From: an uncultured delta proteobacterium
GTDB taxonomy: Bacteria; Myxococcota_A; Polyangia; Polyangiales; Polyangiaceae
Reading direction: 5' to 3'
Assembly: GCA_963696385.1 (NCBI GenBank)
Contig: CAVOKF010000007.1
Span: forward strand, 1,152,001 to 1,216,000
DNA: 64,000 bases
Below the pieces are notes generated by a model that searched no databases, was not told where the DNA came from, and saw only the letters and a list, made by a program, of their open reading frames with translations. Shown piece by piece: positions 30,199-40,213 of the stretch (position 1 is its first letter; every line of letters begins with the position of its first letter). Position numbers and translations under genes: made by a program.

Positions 30199-32682
30199 TC
30201 ACGGCACGGGCGACTGGGTGCCTGCCGGATCTCGACCCGCAGGCGGGGAGTTGACCGGCACACCGGGAAACGGCGGCGGTGCCACGGCGTGACGGACGAC
30301 GTAGACCGGGTTCGTGAACCCCATCGGGGGAACTGGAACGAAGGGCAGCACGTCGTCCATCGGCCGGTCGCCCCGAACCACGACCTGCACCCAACCGTTC
30401 TCCGGCCCGACCGACACCGCGAGATCGCGGTCGAGCCGAATGGTGCGATCCTGCGCCTCCGCGAGCGTGCCCGGCTCGGGTCCGAGGGCCGTAGGGCGCG
30501 AAGGCACCTCGAACGACCCGACGATTTTGTAGGTGCCCCCGATCTGGCCCGCGACGACGTCCACCCGCGTCACGTCGATCCACGGCGCGGCGCGCACGCG
30601 AACGTGACCCAAGATCGGGTCGTCTGTGGTGGACAGCTCGTCGCCAGGGCGTACGCCGTCGAGTTCGAACTCGATCATCGGTCCGCTCGTGACGACCGCG
30701 TGCCCTTTTTTGATGTTCGCGACCACGACGAGAGGGTCGACGGCCTTCTCATCCTCCAAAGCGGACGGATTGGAGTCGACGGTCACCATCGTGCGCGGAT
30801 AGCCGGCCCAATGGTATTGGATACGATGCGAGTCGCTGCTTCCGGTCGCGGCGTAGCGCCATCCGAAATCGAGAAGCGCCCAGTAGTCGCGCAGCACCTG
30901 ATCGACGCGTTCGGGTAACTCGCTGTCGTAACCGTTGTACACTTCGATGCCGTCGAAATCGACTCGATTGTGGATGCGGGTGCGCGGCGCTTTCGGGTCG
31001 AATCCGATGTTGTTGAAATAGCCTATTCCCTTTGGAAGCCTCGGATGGTTCAATTGAAAGTAGCGATTCGGGTCATTGGCGCGGACGGCCCGAAAGATCG
31101 ACGCCATGTTCGTGTGCTTGTACGGCGGCACGGGTGCCGCCAAGGGGTAGGGGAATACCCCAAAATGGCCGAAGCCCTTGCTGTAGGTCGTTACTTCCAC
31201 GCCTGGGACGCTGAGAAGCTCCCGCCCGAGATCCAGTGTTTCGATCGACGGGGCGTAATTGCCGACCACGTTGTGCTCGGTCGGAACGGCGAAATCGATG
31301 CCGGCCGCAACGAGCGAGAGCACTCGGTCTTCGGGCACGACGGGTGAATCGAAGCTCGGCCGCGCATGCACGTGCAGATCGCACCCGAGGACACCCGGAG
31401 TCGGTACGACGTGGCGCGGAGCGAGATCCACCGCTGCAACGCGCCCGGGCACGATCGTCACGGTTTTCGCATCGATGCTCCATTCGATGCCTCTCGTGGC
31501 CGCGATGCGGTAGCGGCCCGAGGGCAGCGGCGTCGTCACATCACCGCGCAGCGCGTCAATCACGGGGCCCGCCCCCGAAGCACGGTAATCCGGGCCGAAG
31601 CTCGGGTCGACGGTGCCTTCGACGCCGTGCACGACGAGGCGCGCCGTCAACGGGGCACCCGTATCGGCATCGGTGATCGCGACGTGCAGATCTCCCCCGG
31701 GGGACACGTCGAGCACCAGGTCACGGGGCGTGCCGGGGACGAAGGAGGCCAGACCGCTCGCGCGTCCCGGATCGACGGCCGCGTACCACTGCACGACCGA
31801 CTTCGGCACCTGCAGCGCGAAGGCTCCGCCGGGGTCGACGTGCGCTCGCACCTGGGGTCCCCCTTGAGCGTCGCGACCGAAAACCAGCGACCGCTCGGTC
31901 GCGCCGGTCACGTGGCCGCGCACGAGCGCCGTCGGCTCGCCCGAAAGCTCGGCGATCGACTGCCACGCGGCGACACTCGACGTGGCAACGACAATCGACA
32001 GGTCGGTTCGATGACCTGCGCTCGCCTGCACGTCGGGACTGGTGACGAACAAGTGAATGGGCTCGACGGGCATCGCCGTGTTCTCGGGAACGGCGTCGAT
32101 CCCGATGGCCCCCACAGTCGACAAAAGGGCGATGGGGTGAGGTTCCGAGTCGACGATCACGACGTGTCCAGCCACGGAGGCACGATCTGCGATTTGCCCC
32201 ACACCCGACACGAAAACGACCTCCCCCTCACTCGCCAGCTCAGCGGTCAGAGCGAGCGTGTGCCCGCTCGTGGAGGAAGCCGTATCGAGCGAGATCACCA
32301 ATGCGTCATGAGCGGGGTCGGACCTCAGCTCGAGACCGACGTCGACGGTCGAATCGCCGAGAGACACGGGAACCGTCGCACGCACGGAATCCGTGGCGGG
32401 GCGCAGATCTTCCCGCGCGAGCGCGAGCGGACGCCGTGCTCCGTCCACCAGCAGAGCGAGATCGATGTCGCGACTGACCAATCCGTCCCGACTGCGGGCC
32501 GCGATCTGGGCGGCCCCGAGGTGCAACTCGAAGCTTGCAATGCCCGTCTCGAAAGTCGTCGGCGCGTGATGTCGAGAGGGCTTCGAACCACGAGGGCCCG
32601 ACGCATAGCCCAAGCCGAAGGCAACGAGCCCGGCGATCACGCCCATGGCGAGCCGCTCTCCGATCGAACGCTCAGCCGGCAT
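30199..32682 (-). CDS. CehA/McbA-like PHP-fold metallohydrolase, exported
   Basis: DLHVH, TEHN, GVEVT..GHFG, NHPR, IEVYNG, GSSDSH; N-terminal TM. Confidence 0.85.
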   Translation of the reverse strand: MPAERSIGERLAMGVIAGLVAFGLGYASGPRGSKPSRHHAPTTFETGIASFELHLGAAQIAARSRDGLVSRDIDLALLVDGARRPLALAREDLRPATDSVRATVPVSLGDSTVDVGLELRSDPAHDALVISLDTASSTSGHTLALTAELASEGEVVFVSGVGQIADRASVAGHVVIVDSEPHPIALLSTVGAIGIDAVPENTAMPVEPIHLFVTSPDVQASAGHRTDLSIVVATSSVAAWQSIAELSGEPTALVRGHVTGATERSLVFGRDAQGGPQVRAHVDPGGAFALQVPKSVVQWYAAVDPGRASGLASFVPGTPRDLVLDVSPGGDLHVAITDADTGAPLTARLVVHGVEGTVDPSFGPDYRASGAGPVIDALRGDVTTPLPSGRYRIAATRGIEWSIDAKTVTIVPGRVAAVDLAPRHVVPTPGVLGCDLHVHARPSFDSPVVPEDRVLSLVAAGIDFAVPTEHNVVGNYAPSIETLDLGRELLSVPGVEVTTYSKGFGHFGVFPYPLAAPVPPYKHTNMASIFRAVRANDPNRYFQLNHPRLPKGIGYFNNIGFDPKAPRTRIHNRVDFDGIEVYNGYDSELPERVDQVLRDYWALLDFGWRYAATGSSDSHRIQYHWAGYPRTMVTVDSNPSALEDEKAVDPLVVVANIKKGHAVVTSGPMIEFELDGVRPGDELSTTDDPILGHVRVRAAPWIDVTRVDVVAGQIGGTYKIVGSFEVPSRPTALGPEPGTLAEAQDRTIRLDRDLAVSVGPENGWVQVVVRGDRPMDDVLPFVPVPPMGFTNPVYVVRHAVAPPPFPGVPVNSPPAGRDPAGTQSPVP

Positions 32683-33202
32683 CGACGCTCAAGACGATAC
32701 CACCGGCCCGGGCGCCGCCGAGCGTCGCGACGCGCCTGCCGGCCGCTTCGGAACCCGTCGCGGCGGCCGAGTCGATCGCCAGTGAGACGACGACGGCCGG
32801 ATCGGCTCCGAGCGCGACGACCGCGTCTTGGCCCCATTCGACCAGCAGGATCGCGCCCTCGTTGCGTCGCTCGCGAAGGCCCAACCGGCTCACTTCGATC
32901 AGAAGGCGGGCGTCGTCGCCCATCAGCCGATAGAGGTCCACATGGACCAACGTACCGGCCGGGGAGGGGTATTCGTTGACGAGCGTGAACGTCGGGCTCG
33001 TGATGGGCTCGGCCACGCCGAGGGCCCGGGCGACCGCACGCACTAGAAATGTCTTCCCCGCACCGAGTGCACCGATGAAGAGCACCAGATCACCGGGGCC
33101 GAGGACCCGCGCAACGGCCGCTCCGAGCCGGCGCGAATCCCGGCGCGTCTTGAGCTCGAGCGTCCGCTCAAGTGGGATCGGCTTCGGATCGCGCGCCGTC
33201 AT
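32672..33202 (-). CDS. tsaE: tRNA t6A biosynthesis ATPase
   Basis: [28 protein letters not shown]. Confidence 0.94.
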   Translation of the reverse strand: MTARDPKPIPLERTLELKTRRDSRRLGAAVARVLGPGDLVLFIGALGAGKTFLVRAVARALGVAEPITSPTFTLVNEYPSPAGTLVHVDLYRLMGDDARLLIEVSRLGLRERRNEGAILLVEWGQDAVVALGADPAVVVSLAIDSAAATGSEAAGRRVATLGGARAGGIVLSVDAG

Positions 33203-34583
33203 CCGGGCCCCGTGCCCCGCTTTCACCGACATCGCCTTCGTCCGAAACCGCTTCGTCTTCGCCGACCGGATGGCCGGAGATCGCTCCGGGGGTCTCGCCA
33301 CCGAGCGCTCGGATGGCCTGGGGATCGCCCAAGCTCATGGCGGCGACGGGATGCTTGCGGGATTGCTGCCACATTTGCGCGTAAAAGAACGAAACGACGA
33401 GCGCGCTCAGTAGACCGATGAGCTGGCTGGTCGACAGCTGGTACGGCTCGCTCTGAGCAAATTCTGATGGTTTGAGCGCCACGTACGCGACGACGGGAGG
33501 GACGAAAGCCAACACCCGCGCGATGGCACGCGCTCGCTGGTTGGGGATCCCGAGCGAGACCCCGACGGCGAACCCGATCGCCAAGAGCGTCAAACACAGG
33601 GGAACGTACACGTGCGCATCGATGGTAGGACCGTAACTGCCTCGCTCGACGTCATCCCGAAAGAGCTCGAGAAGGAATCGGAGAAAGCCATACGCGTAGA
33701 CGAACAGGAAGAACACCTGACCGCGAAAGCGCGTGTATTTCCGTTGCCAAAGGAGGAGCACCAGAAGAAAAAGGCCGACCAAGGATTCGTAGAGCTGGGT
33801 CGGATGAACGGGAAAGCTGGTGTTCATCCGAGTAAGCTCTGCCGCGAGCGGCGACCCCCGGTAGATATCCAGGTGGCGCACGAAGGCCGGACTCCCATCG
33901 CCGTTCGCAAGGGTGCCGGGCGCCCAGTGGGGGAACGTTCCAAGCGTTTTCAGCCAATGCGGGGAACCGTCGGGCAGCCGCTTTCCGAAGTCGCAGCCGA
34001 AGAGATAACAGCCGATGCGGGTGATGAGCAGCCCCGACGCGAGGCTCGGGACGGCGTCGTCGGCCCACGCGAGCAGCCGGATGCCCTTGCCTGCGAGATA
34101 CGCCCAGCTCCCGAGCAAACCACCGAGAAAGCCCCCGTATGCGACCAGTCCCCCGTTGCGCAGCGCGATGAAGTCCCAAAACGAGTGGAAGTCATCCAAG
34201 TTGGTCACGATGTAGAGAACACGGGAGCCGGCGAGCGCGGCCAACGCCGTGACCACGTAGCAATTGGCCATCGTCTCTTTCGGCAAGCCGTCGTGGGCGG
34301 CGAGCGATAACGTCAGGTACCAGCCGACCACCAGCGAGGCGCCGAGCATGACCCCGTAGGCATAGATGGGGAGGTTGGGCGCCTCGTAGGCGACGGCATG
34401 CGTCCTCCATGCCGCGATGGCCGCCACAGCGGCGGCGACGAGCGCCGACGTCAGCGCGTTGCGATCTCGACGGATCGAGCCGAGGACGGCATATACGGCG
34501 GCAATGGCAACGGCCGCCGCGAACGCCCACCAAAGCCGCAGCGGCGTATGCGGAAGCGGGATTCGAAAGAGAATCGGATGCAT
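33168..34583 (-). CDS. lgt: Prolipoprotein diacylglyceryl transferase
   Basis: [44 protein letters not shown]. Confidence 0.93.
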   Translation of the reverse strand: MHPILFRIPLPHTPLRLWWAFAAAVAIAAVYAVLGSIRRDRNALTSALVAAAVAAIAAWRTHAVAYEAPNLPIYAYGVMLGASLVVGWYLTLSLAAHDGLPKETMANCYVVTALAALAGSRVLYIVTNLDDFHSFWDFIALRNGGLVAYGGFLGGLLGSWAYLAGKGIRLLAWADDAVPSLASGLLITRIGCYLFGCDFGKRLPDGSPHWLKTLGTFPHWAPGTLANGDGSPAFVRHLDIYRGSPLAAELTRMNTSFPVHPTQLYESLVGLFLLVLLLWQRKYTRFRGQVFFLFVYAYGFLRFLLELFRDDVERGSYGPTIDAHVYVPLCLTLLAIGFAVGVSLGIPNQRARAIARVLAFVPPVVAYVALKPSEFAQSEPYQLSTSQLIGLLSALVVSFFYAQMWQQSRKHPVAAMSLGDPQAIRALGGETPGAISGHPVGEDEAVSDEGDVGESGARGPDDGARSEADPT

Positions 34584-34690
34584 CGGGATGCCCCTCTCCC
34601 CGTTTACAAGATAACGAGAGAGTGCGCACCTCGGCGGCTCGCATTCGCTCGACGCTGCGGGCGGTTCAGTGTGGTAGATCCGTGGTCGAG

Positions 34691-35521
34691 ATGCACATCC
34701 GGCCAACTGAGGGGATCGTGGCTTGGGCGGTTGCGATTCAGGGATGCGTACCGTCGGGCAGTGCCGGACCGTCGGACGCCGGGCCATCGGGCAGCCAAGC
34801 CCTCACACGCACCCCGCAGATCGTGAAGCCGGCCGTCCCCGCTGCGGATTTGTTGAAAGTGCCGTTCGAAGACGACTTCGAACACGGCGCCGTCCCGGCT
34901 TCGTCCGGGGGCCCCGACTCGGGTTGGGACGGGGCGGCGTCCGACGGCGCCATTTCGCGCTGGCTCGAGCCTTCCGCCGACTGGGTCGCGACGGCTACAG
35001 GCATCTGGCGAATCGAGTCGGGCCACCTTTGTGGCGAACGCGCACACAACCACGGCATTTGGCTGAAACGAACGCTTCCCATCAACGCTCGGATCGAATT
35101 CGACGCGGTCAGCCAGTCGCCGGATGGCGACCTCAAGGCCGAGTTCTGGGGTGACGGGCGCTCGTTTGCGACCGGCCTTTCGTACACGAACGCGACCAGC
35201 TACCTGACGATCCTCGGAGGCTGGCACAACAAGTTTCACGTGCTTGCGCGAATCAACGAACATGCGAGCGACCGCAAGGAGATCACGGTCGACCCCCACT
35301 CCGATGACCCCCGAGAGAAGCCGGTGGTGCCGGGCCAGACCTATCACTTCAAGGTCGAGAGAAGCGACGGGCGGACCATTCATTGGTGGGTCGATGGCAA
35401 CGAAATGCTTACCCTCTCCGACTCCTCCCCGCTCGCTGGATCCGGACACGATCACTTCGGCTTCAACGATTGGGAAGTGAAGGTGTGTTTCGACAACGTC
35501 CGCGTGGTCCCCTTGCCCTGA
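34691..35521 (+). CDS. Hypothetical lipoprotein, probable beta-sandwich (ConA-like) domain
   Basis: Lipobox-like IQGC; FEDDFE, WRIESG, GGWHN, HFGFNDW..FDNVRV. Confidence 0.65.
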   Translation: MHIRPTEGIVAWAVAIQGCVPSGSAGPSDAGPSGSQALTRTPQIVKPAVPAADLLKVPFEDDFEHGAVPASSGGPDSGWDGAASDGAISRWLEPSADWVATATGIWRIESGHLCGERAHNHGIWLKRTLPINARIEFDAVSQSPDGDLKAEFWGDGRSFATGLSYTNATSYLTILGGWHNKFHVLARINEHASDRKEITVDPHSDDPREKPVVPGQTYHFKVERSDGRTIHWWVDGNEMLTLSDSSPLAGSGHDHFGFNDWEVKVCFDNVRVVPLP

Positions 35522-35534
35522 GGAGCGCCGCGGG

Positions 35535-37166
35535 GTGGATTCGACTGAAGTCGACAGGCTGATCGGCGAGCTCGAGATCGCGCTCGACCGGCTCCGATCG
35601 CTCTACGAGCAATACTTCATGGGCATCGAACGAATCGAGCCCGGGGTGGCTCGTAAGGACGTAGACCGCCGAATTCACCTGCTCCGGAAGGAGCAAATTC
35701 GCAACACGGCTCTTCGGTTCCGATTTCAAATGGTCCTGCAGAGGTACAATACGTACCAACCCCACTGGCAGCGGATCTGCCGAGAGATCGAAAACGGGAC
35801 GTACAAGCGACAAGCGTCGCGCGCGCGTCGCCGATTGGGCTCTGACGCGCCCCGTGCGCGAATCGAGAGCTCGCGCCCGCCCGCGCCGGTTTTGCGCCCC
35901 GGCGACCCGCTACCGCCCGATCTGGCGGCCGAGTTGGCGGAGCTCGACAAGGATTTCGCGCCGGCGCCCTCGCGACTTCCGAATGGAAACGAACCGCGAC
36001 CGATCGCTGCCCCACCGCGCCCGCTCGATCCGGCGGCCGAGTTGGCGGAGCTCGACAAGGATTTCGCGCCGGCGCCCTCGCGACTTCCGAATGGAAACGA
36101 AGCGCAACGGATCGCCGCCGCACCGCGGTCCCCTCCCCAAGCTCCGATCGCCGCTCGAGCCCAGGTCGTTGCGCCCGCCAAACCGCCGCTTGGCACGGCT
36201 CGTAACGTTGGCGCACCGCAGCCGAATCCGCGCGCAACGGGTGCACCCCTGCCGGCGGCCGGCGAGCCGGCACTTCGCGCTCAGCCTCCGCCCTTCACCC
36301 GAGAAGCCGCCCCAACCAGAGCCGTTTTCTCACCCGCGGCGCCCGGCCGGCCGCCGGGATTGCCCATCCCAGTCCTCCATGCGCCCTCGCCGCCTGCCGC
36401 TCGCCCGCAAACCGCGGAAACGGGATCAGGGACCGTGAACCATGCGGCCCTCCACGCGCCAGGGTTGAGCCCCTCGAACGTGGGTGCCGGTTCAGTCATC
36501 CACGCGCCGGCGCCGACTGGGCCCCAAGCCTCGCCGGGCCTTTCGGCCCGCGCGCCCGCGCCTTCGGCCTTGTCGGCCTCGATCCCCCATCCCGTCCCAC
36601 GTGTCCCGACACCCGCCGTGGCCGCTACGGCGGTCAGCCGGGGGGCCCCCGTCCCGGCCCCCCCCCCAGCCGCCCCCACCGGCGCCGCGACCGGCGCTCC
36701 GGCACCCGCAGCGGCCCAGGCATCCTTCCCGGCCAGAGCCGCGGTTGCCCCTTCGGCGCTGTCCGGTTCTTCCGCGCTGGGACCGGTGGCGACTCGACCC
36801 GCTACCCCCGCCGCGCAGACGCCTGCGCCGCGGGCGGCCGCACAGGCCGGAACCCCGTCCTCCTCCGGGGACATCCTCCGCGCCGACGCGCGGTCCCCGA
36901 CCGCTCCGTCGCCGCCGACTCCGCCGCGGGCAGCAATCCCCCACCCGCAAGCCGACGACCTCACCGAAGATCGGGTCCGCCAGATCTATTCGCAGTACAT
37001 GGAAACGCGACGGCGACAGAACGAATCGACCGCGATGCCGTTCGACTCGGTCGCGAAGAACCTGCGCGAATCAAGCGCGCGCTTGCGCCAAAAACATGGA
37101 AAGCCCGTCGACTTCGAGGTCATGATCAAGGACGGGAAGGCGTTTCTCCGACCCGTCCTCAAGTAA
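35535..37166 (+). CDS. MXAN_5187 C-terminal-domain-like protein with Pro/Ala-rich linker
   Basis: LYEQYFMGIERIEP, NTALRFRF, REIENGTY; C-terminal VDFEVMIKDGKAFLRP. Confidence 0.8.
   Translation: MDSTEVDRLIGELEIALDRLRSLYEQYFMGIERIEPGVARKDVDRRIHLLRKEQIRNTALRFRFQMVLQRYNTYQPHWQRICREIENGTYKRQASRARRRLGSDAPRARIESSRPPAPVLRPGDPLPPDLAAELAELDKDFAPAPSRLPNGNEPRPIAAPPRPLDPAAELAELDKDFAPAPSRLPNGNEAQRIAAAPRSPPQAPIAARAQVVAPAKPPLGTARNVGAPQPNPRATGAPLPAAGEPALRAQPPPFTREAAPTRAVFSPAAPGRPPGLPIPVLHAPSPPAARPQTAETGSGTVNHAALHAPGLSPSNVGAGSVIHAPAPTGPQASPGLSARAPAPSALSASIPHPVPRVPTPAVAATAVSRGAPVPAPPPAAPTGAATGAPAPAAAQASFPARAAVAPSALSGSSALGPVATRPATPAAQTPAPRAAAQAGTPSSSGDILRADARSPTAPSPPTPPRAAIPHPQADDLTEDRVRQIYSQYMETRRRQNESTAMPFDSVAKNLRESSARLRQKHGKPVDFEVMIKDGKAFLRPVLK
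35924..36101 (+). repeat. Intragenic duplication: 70-bp identical core, 108-bp period
   Basis: 35924-35993 equals 36032-36101; encodes AAELAELDKDFAPAPSRLPNGNE twice. Confidence 0.9.
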
Positions 37167-37178
37167 GGCCCGGCCCGG

Positions 37179-37466
37179 TCAATGGTACGCACGAGGCGGC
37201 GTCGGCGGAGGTGCCGACCGGCGCGCCGCCGAAGGCGGCGGTTCGTCGATGGCTGCCCGCTGGTCGCAAAACAAAATGGCGCAATGTTTGCTATCGCTGT
37301 CCTGCATCCGGCTGCAAAGAGCGACGAGATCCTCGTCGGCATCAATCACGGTCCCCTCGCTCGGACGAGACGTCCGGGGGTCGTAGGTGCATTCATCCAG
37401 GGCGACCCAACGGCCGCGAAACTCTTCTCTCCGACATATCTGTGGCCACGTCATTCGACTGCCCAT
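37179..37466 (-). CDS. Small hypothetical protein (DUF5678-like)
   Basis: FRGRWVAL..GTVIDADEDL..LC; GAGG upstream. Confidence 0.65.
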   Translation of the reverse strand: MGSRMTWPQICRREEFRGRWVALDECTYDPRTSRPSEGTVIDADEDLVALCSRMQDSDSKHCAILFCDQRAAIDEPPPSAARRSAPPPTPPRAYH

Positions 37467-37707
37467 GCGGTGTTCCTCGAATTCCGCCTCGACCCCCGCG
37501 AGCCAAACGGTGCTCGTTGAGCGGTGTGGCGATTCCCCACTCCCAAGGCCAACGAATAACCGGCTCGCGCGAGGCGGTCAAGAAGGGGGTGTTGCTCCAG
37601 CGCGACATGAGACTATGCGTTCAGTGACCCTCGGCCCCGGGACGCCGCTTGATGCATGGGCCCAGGCAGCGAGCGCGGCGCACGAGGCATGCTAGAGACC
37701 TCACGCT

Positions 37708-39072
37708 GTGACTACCGTGCCGTGGAGCCTCGAATCGTGGAAGACCCGGGCCGACGCGCAGGCGATTGAGTACGCCGATCCCGTGGCACTTGGCGCCGCA
37801 TGTACGCGGCTGCGCGAGCTTCCCCCACTTGTGACCTCGTGGGAAATTGAACGGTTGAAGCGGCTTCTCGCCGAAGCCCAGGCGGGCAAACGATTTCTCG
37901 TCCAGGGCGGCGACTGCGCCGAGACGCTGTCGGATTGCCGCTCCGCAAACATCGCCAACAAGCTGAAAATATTGCTTCAGATGTCGCTCGTGATGGTGCA
38001 CGAGGGCAAGCGCCCGGTCATCCGCGTCGGCCGATTTGCTGGACAATACGCCAAGCCACGAACCAAAGCCGTCGAGTCGCGCGAAGGCGTCATCCATCCG
38101 AGTTACTTCGGCGACATGGTCAACCGGGCCGACTTCACCGAGAACGGTCGCCGGCCGGACCCCGACAACATGATCGTGGCGTACAGCCACGCCGCGCTCA
38201 CCCTGAATTTCATCCGGTCGCTTTCCGCGGGCGGATTCGCGGACGTGCATCATCCGGAATATTGGGAGCTCTCGTTCTTCCGTCGAGCCGGAATGCCGGA
38301 CTCGCTTCGGGAGGAGTACGAGCGCACGACGAGCCAGCTTGCCAACGCCCTGCACTTCATGGAGGCACTCGGCGAGATCAGCGTCGAGGAGCTGACCCGC
38401 GTCGACTTTTACACGAGCCACGAGGGGTTGAACTTGCATTACGAGTCTGCCCAGACTCGGCAGGTGCCTCGACGCGAGGGATGGTATGACCTCACGACGC
38501 ACTTCCCGTGGATCGGAGAACGGACCCGCGCCTTGGACGGCGCGCATGTCGAGTTCTTCCGCGGCGTGGCCAATCCGCTCGGCGTGAAGCTCGGGCCGAC
38601 GACGACGGGCGACCAAGTGCTTCGGCTCATCGATGCACTCAACCCACACAACGAGGCGGGCAAGATCGCACTCGTCACGCGGATGGGGGCGCGCAAGGTC
38701 GGCGACGTGTTGCCCGGCCTCGTCGAAGTCGTCAAGCGCGCGGGACGCACGGTGCTGTGGGTCTGCGACCCGATGCATGGCAACACGCAGGCGACGTCAT
38801 CCGGGCTCAAAACGCGCGACTTCGATGACATCGTGCGCGAAGTCGAGTGGACCTTCGACGTCCACGAGGCCTGCGGGACGCACCTCGGCGGCGTGCACTT
38901 CGAGATGACCGGCGAGGACGTGACCGAATGCATCGGGGGTGCGGCCGGAATCACGGTCAACGACCTCGACAGAAATTACGCCACGGCCTGCGATCCGCGA
39001 CTGAACTACCGGCAGGCCCTCGAAATGGGCTTTCGGATCGCAAAGCGCCTCGGCAGCCATCCGATACCGTAG
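37708..39072 (+). CDS. Class II DAHP synthase
   Basis: QGGDCAE, GRFAGQYAKPR, TSHEGL, WIGERT, CDPMHGN, GGVHFEMTG, CDPRLN. Confidence 0.96.
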   Translation: MTTVPWSLESWKTRADAQAIEYADPVALGAACTRLRELPPLVTSWEIERLKRLLAEAQAGKRFLVQGGDCAETLSDCRSANIANKLKILLQMSLVMVHEGKRPVIRVGRFAGQYAKPRTKAVESREGVIHPSYFGDMVNRADFTENGRRPDPDNMIVAYSHAALTLNFIRSLSAGGFADVHHPEYWELSFFRRAGMPDSLREEYERTTSQLANALHFMEALGEISVEELTRVDFYTSHEGLNLHYESAQTRQVPRREGWYDLTTHFPWIGERTRALDGAHVEFFRGVANPLGVKLGPTTTGDQVLRLIDALNPHNEAGKIALVTRMGARKVGDVLPGLVEVVKRAGRTVLWVCDPMHGNTQATSSGLKTRDFDDIVREVEWTFDVHEACGTHLGGVHFEMTGEDVTECIGGAAGITVNDLDRNYATACDPRLNYRQALEMGFRIAKRLGSHPIP

Positions 39073-39142
39073 CCTTCTCGAAGAGGGTGGCGACGGGCGA
39101 CGCGTTTCGCACTCCCGGCGAGCCGGACCCCAACGCCGCGCC

Positions 39143-40147
39143 TCAACGAATGCTCAGGCGTTCGGCAATCTGCACCGCGTTGAGGGCGGCACCTTTGCGC
39201 AGGTTGTCACTGACGACAAAGAGGTTGATGGCACCGGGAACGGCCAAATCATCCCGTACGCGACCGACGTAGACGGGGTCGGTGCCCGACGCGTGCACGG
39301 GTTGCGGGTGCTTGCCCGGGCCATAGGGACCCTCGGTCAACACGACGCCCGGCGCGTCGCGAAGCAGGCGCCGCGCTTCCTCGGCCCCCATGGGCCGGTG
39401 AAACTGAACGTGAATCGCTTCGGAGTGCCCGTTGAGCACCGGTACGCGCACGGTCGTGGGAGAGACCCCGATACGCGGATCTCCCAGAATCTTGCGCGTC
39501 TCCTGGATGATCTTGGTCTCCTCCTCCGAGTAGTCGTCTTCGCCTGACTTCCAGTCGCAAAGCACGTTGAAAGCGATGATCCCGGGGAATACGCGAGGCT
39601 CAGGTGGACGGCCCTCGAGCACGGCGCGCGATTGCGCCAGCAGTTCTTCGGCGGCGGCATGCCCCTTGCCGCTGGTGGCTTGGTATGTGGAAACGACCAC
39701 GTGCCGGATGCGCGCGGCGTCGTGCAACGGTTTGAGTGCGACCACCATTTGAATGGTCGCGCAGTTCGGGTTGGCGATGATCCCCTTCGGCCGGTGTGCG
39801 GCGGCCCCCATATTCACTTCGGGCACGACGAGCGGCACCGCGGGATCCATGCGCCACGCGCTCGAGTTATCGATCACGACGGCTCCCGCTAAAGCGGCGA
39901 TGGGGCCGAATTCGCGCGATACGCTCGATCCCGCGCTGAACAGCGCCACGTCGACTCCGGCAAAAGCCTGCGGCGTGAGCTCGGCCACGGTCACTTCGCC
40001 CGATCCGAATCGAAGCGTTTGGCCGGAGCTCCGCGGACTCGCGAGCGCAACGAGACGCGTCAGCGGGAACTTACGTTCTTCCAGGATACGCAGCATCTCG
40101 CGACCGACTGCGCCGGTCGCGCCAACCACGGCGACAACGAGGGACAT
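39143..40147 (-). CDS. asd: Aspartate-semialdehyde dehydrogenase
   Basis: VGATGAVG, IDNSSAWRM, ANPNC, STYQATSG, GHSE, DNLRKGAALNAVQI. Confidence 0.97.
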   Translation of the reverse strand: MSLVVAVVGATGAVGREMLRILEERKFPLTRLVALASPRSSGQTLRFGSGEVTVAELTPQAFAGVDVALFSAGSSVSREFGPIAALAGAVVIDNSSAWRMDPAVPLVVPEVNMGAAAHRPKGIIANPNCATIQMVVALKPLHDAARIRHVVVSTYQATSGKGHAAAEELLAQSRAVLEGRPPEPRVFPGIIAFNVLCDWKSGEDDYSEEETKIIQETRKILGDPRIGVSPTTVRVPVLNGHSEAIHVQFHRPMGAEEARRLLRDAPGVVLTEGPYGPGKHPQPVHASGTDPVYVGRVRDDLAVPGAINLFVVSDNLRKGAALNAVQIAERLSIR

Positions 40148-40213
40148 CGTCGAGACATTGGCTCAACTTGGCCGGCCGGTCCACTCGTGAAAGCCAACTG
40201 CTACGATCGGTTT

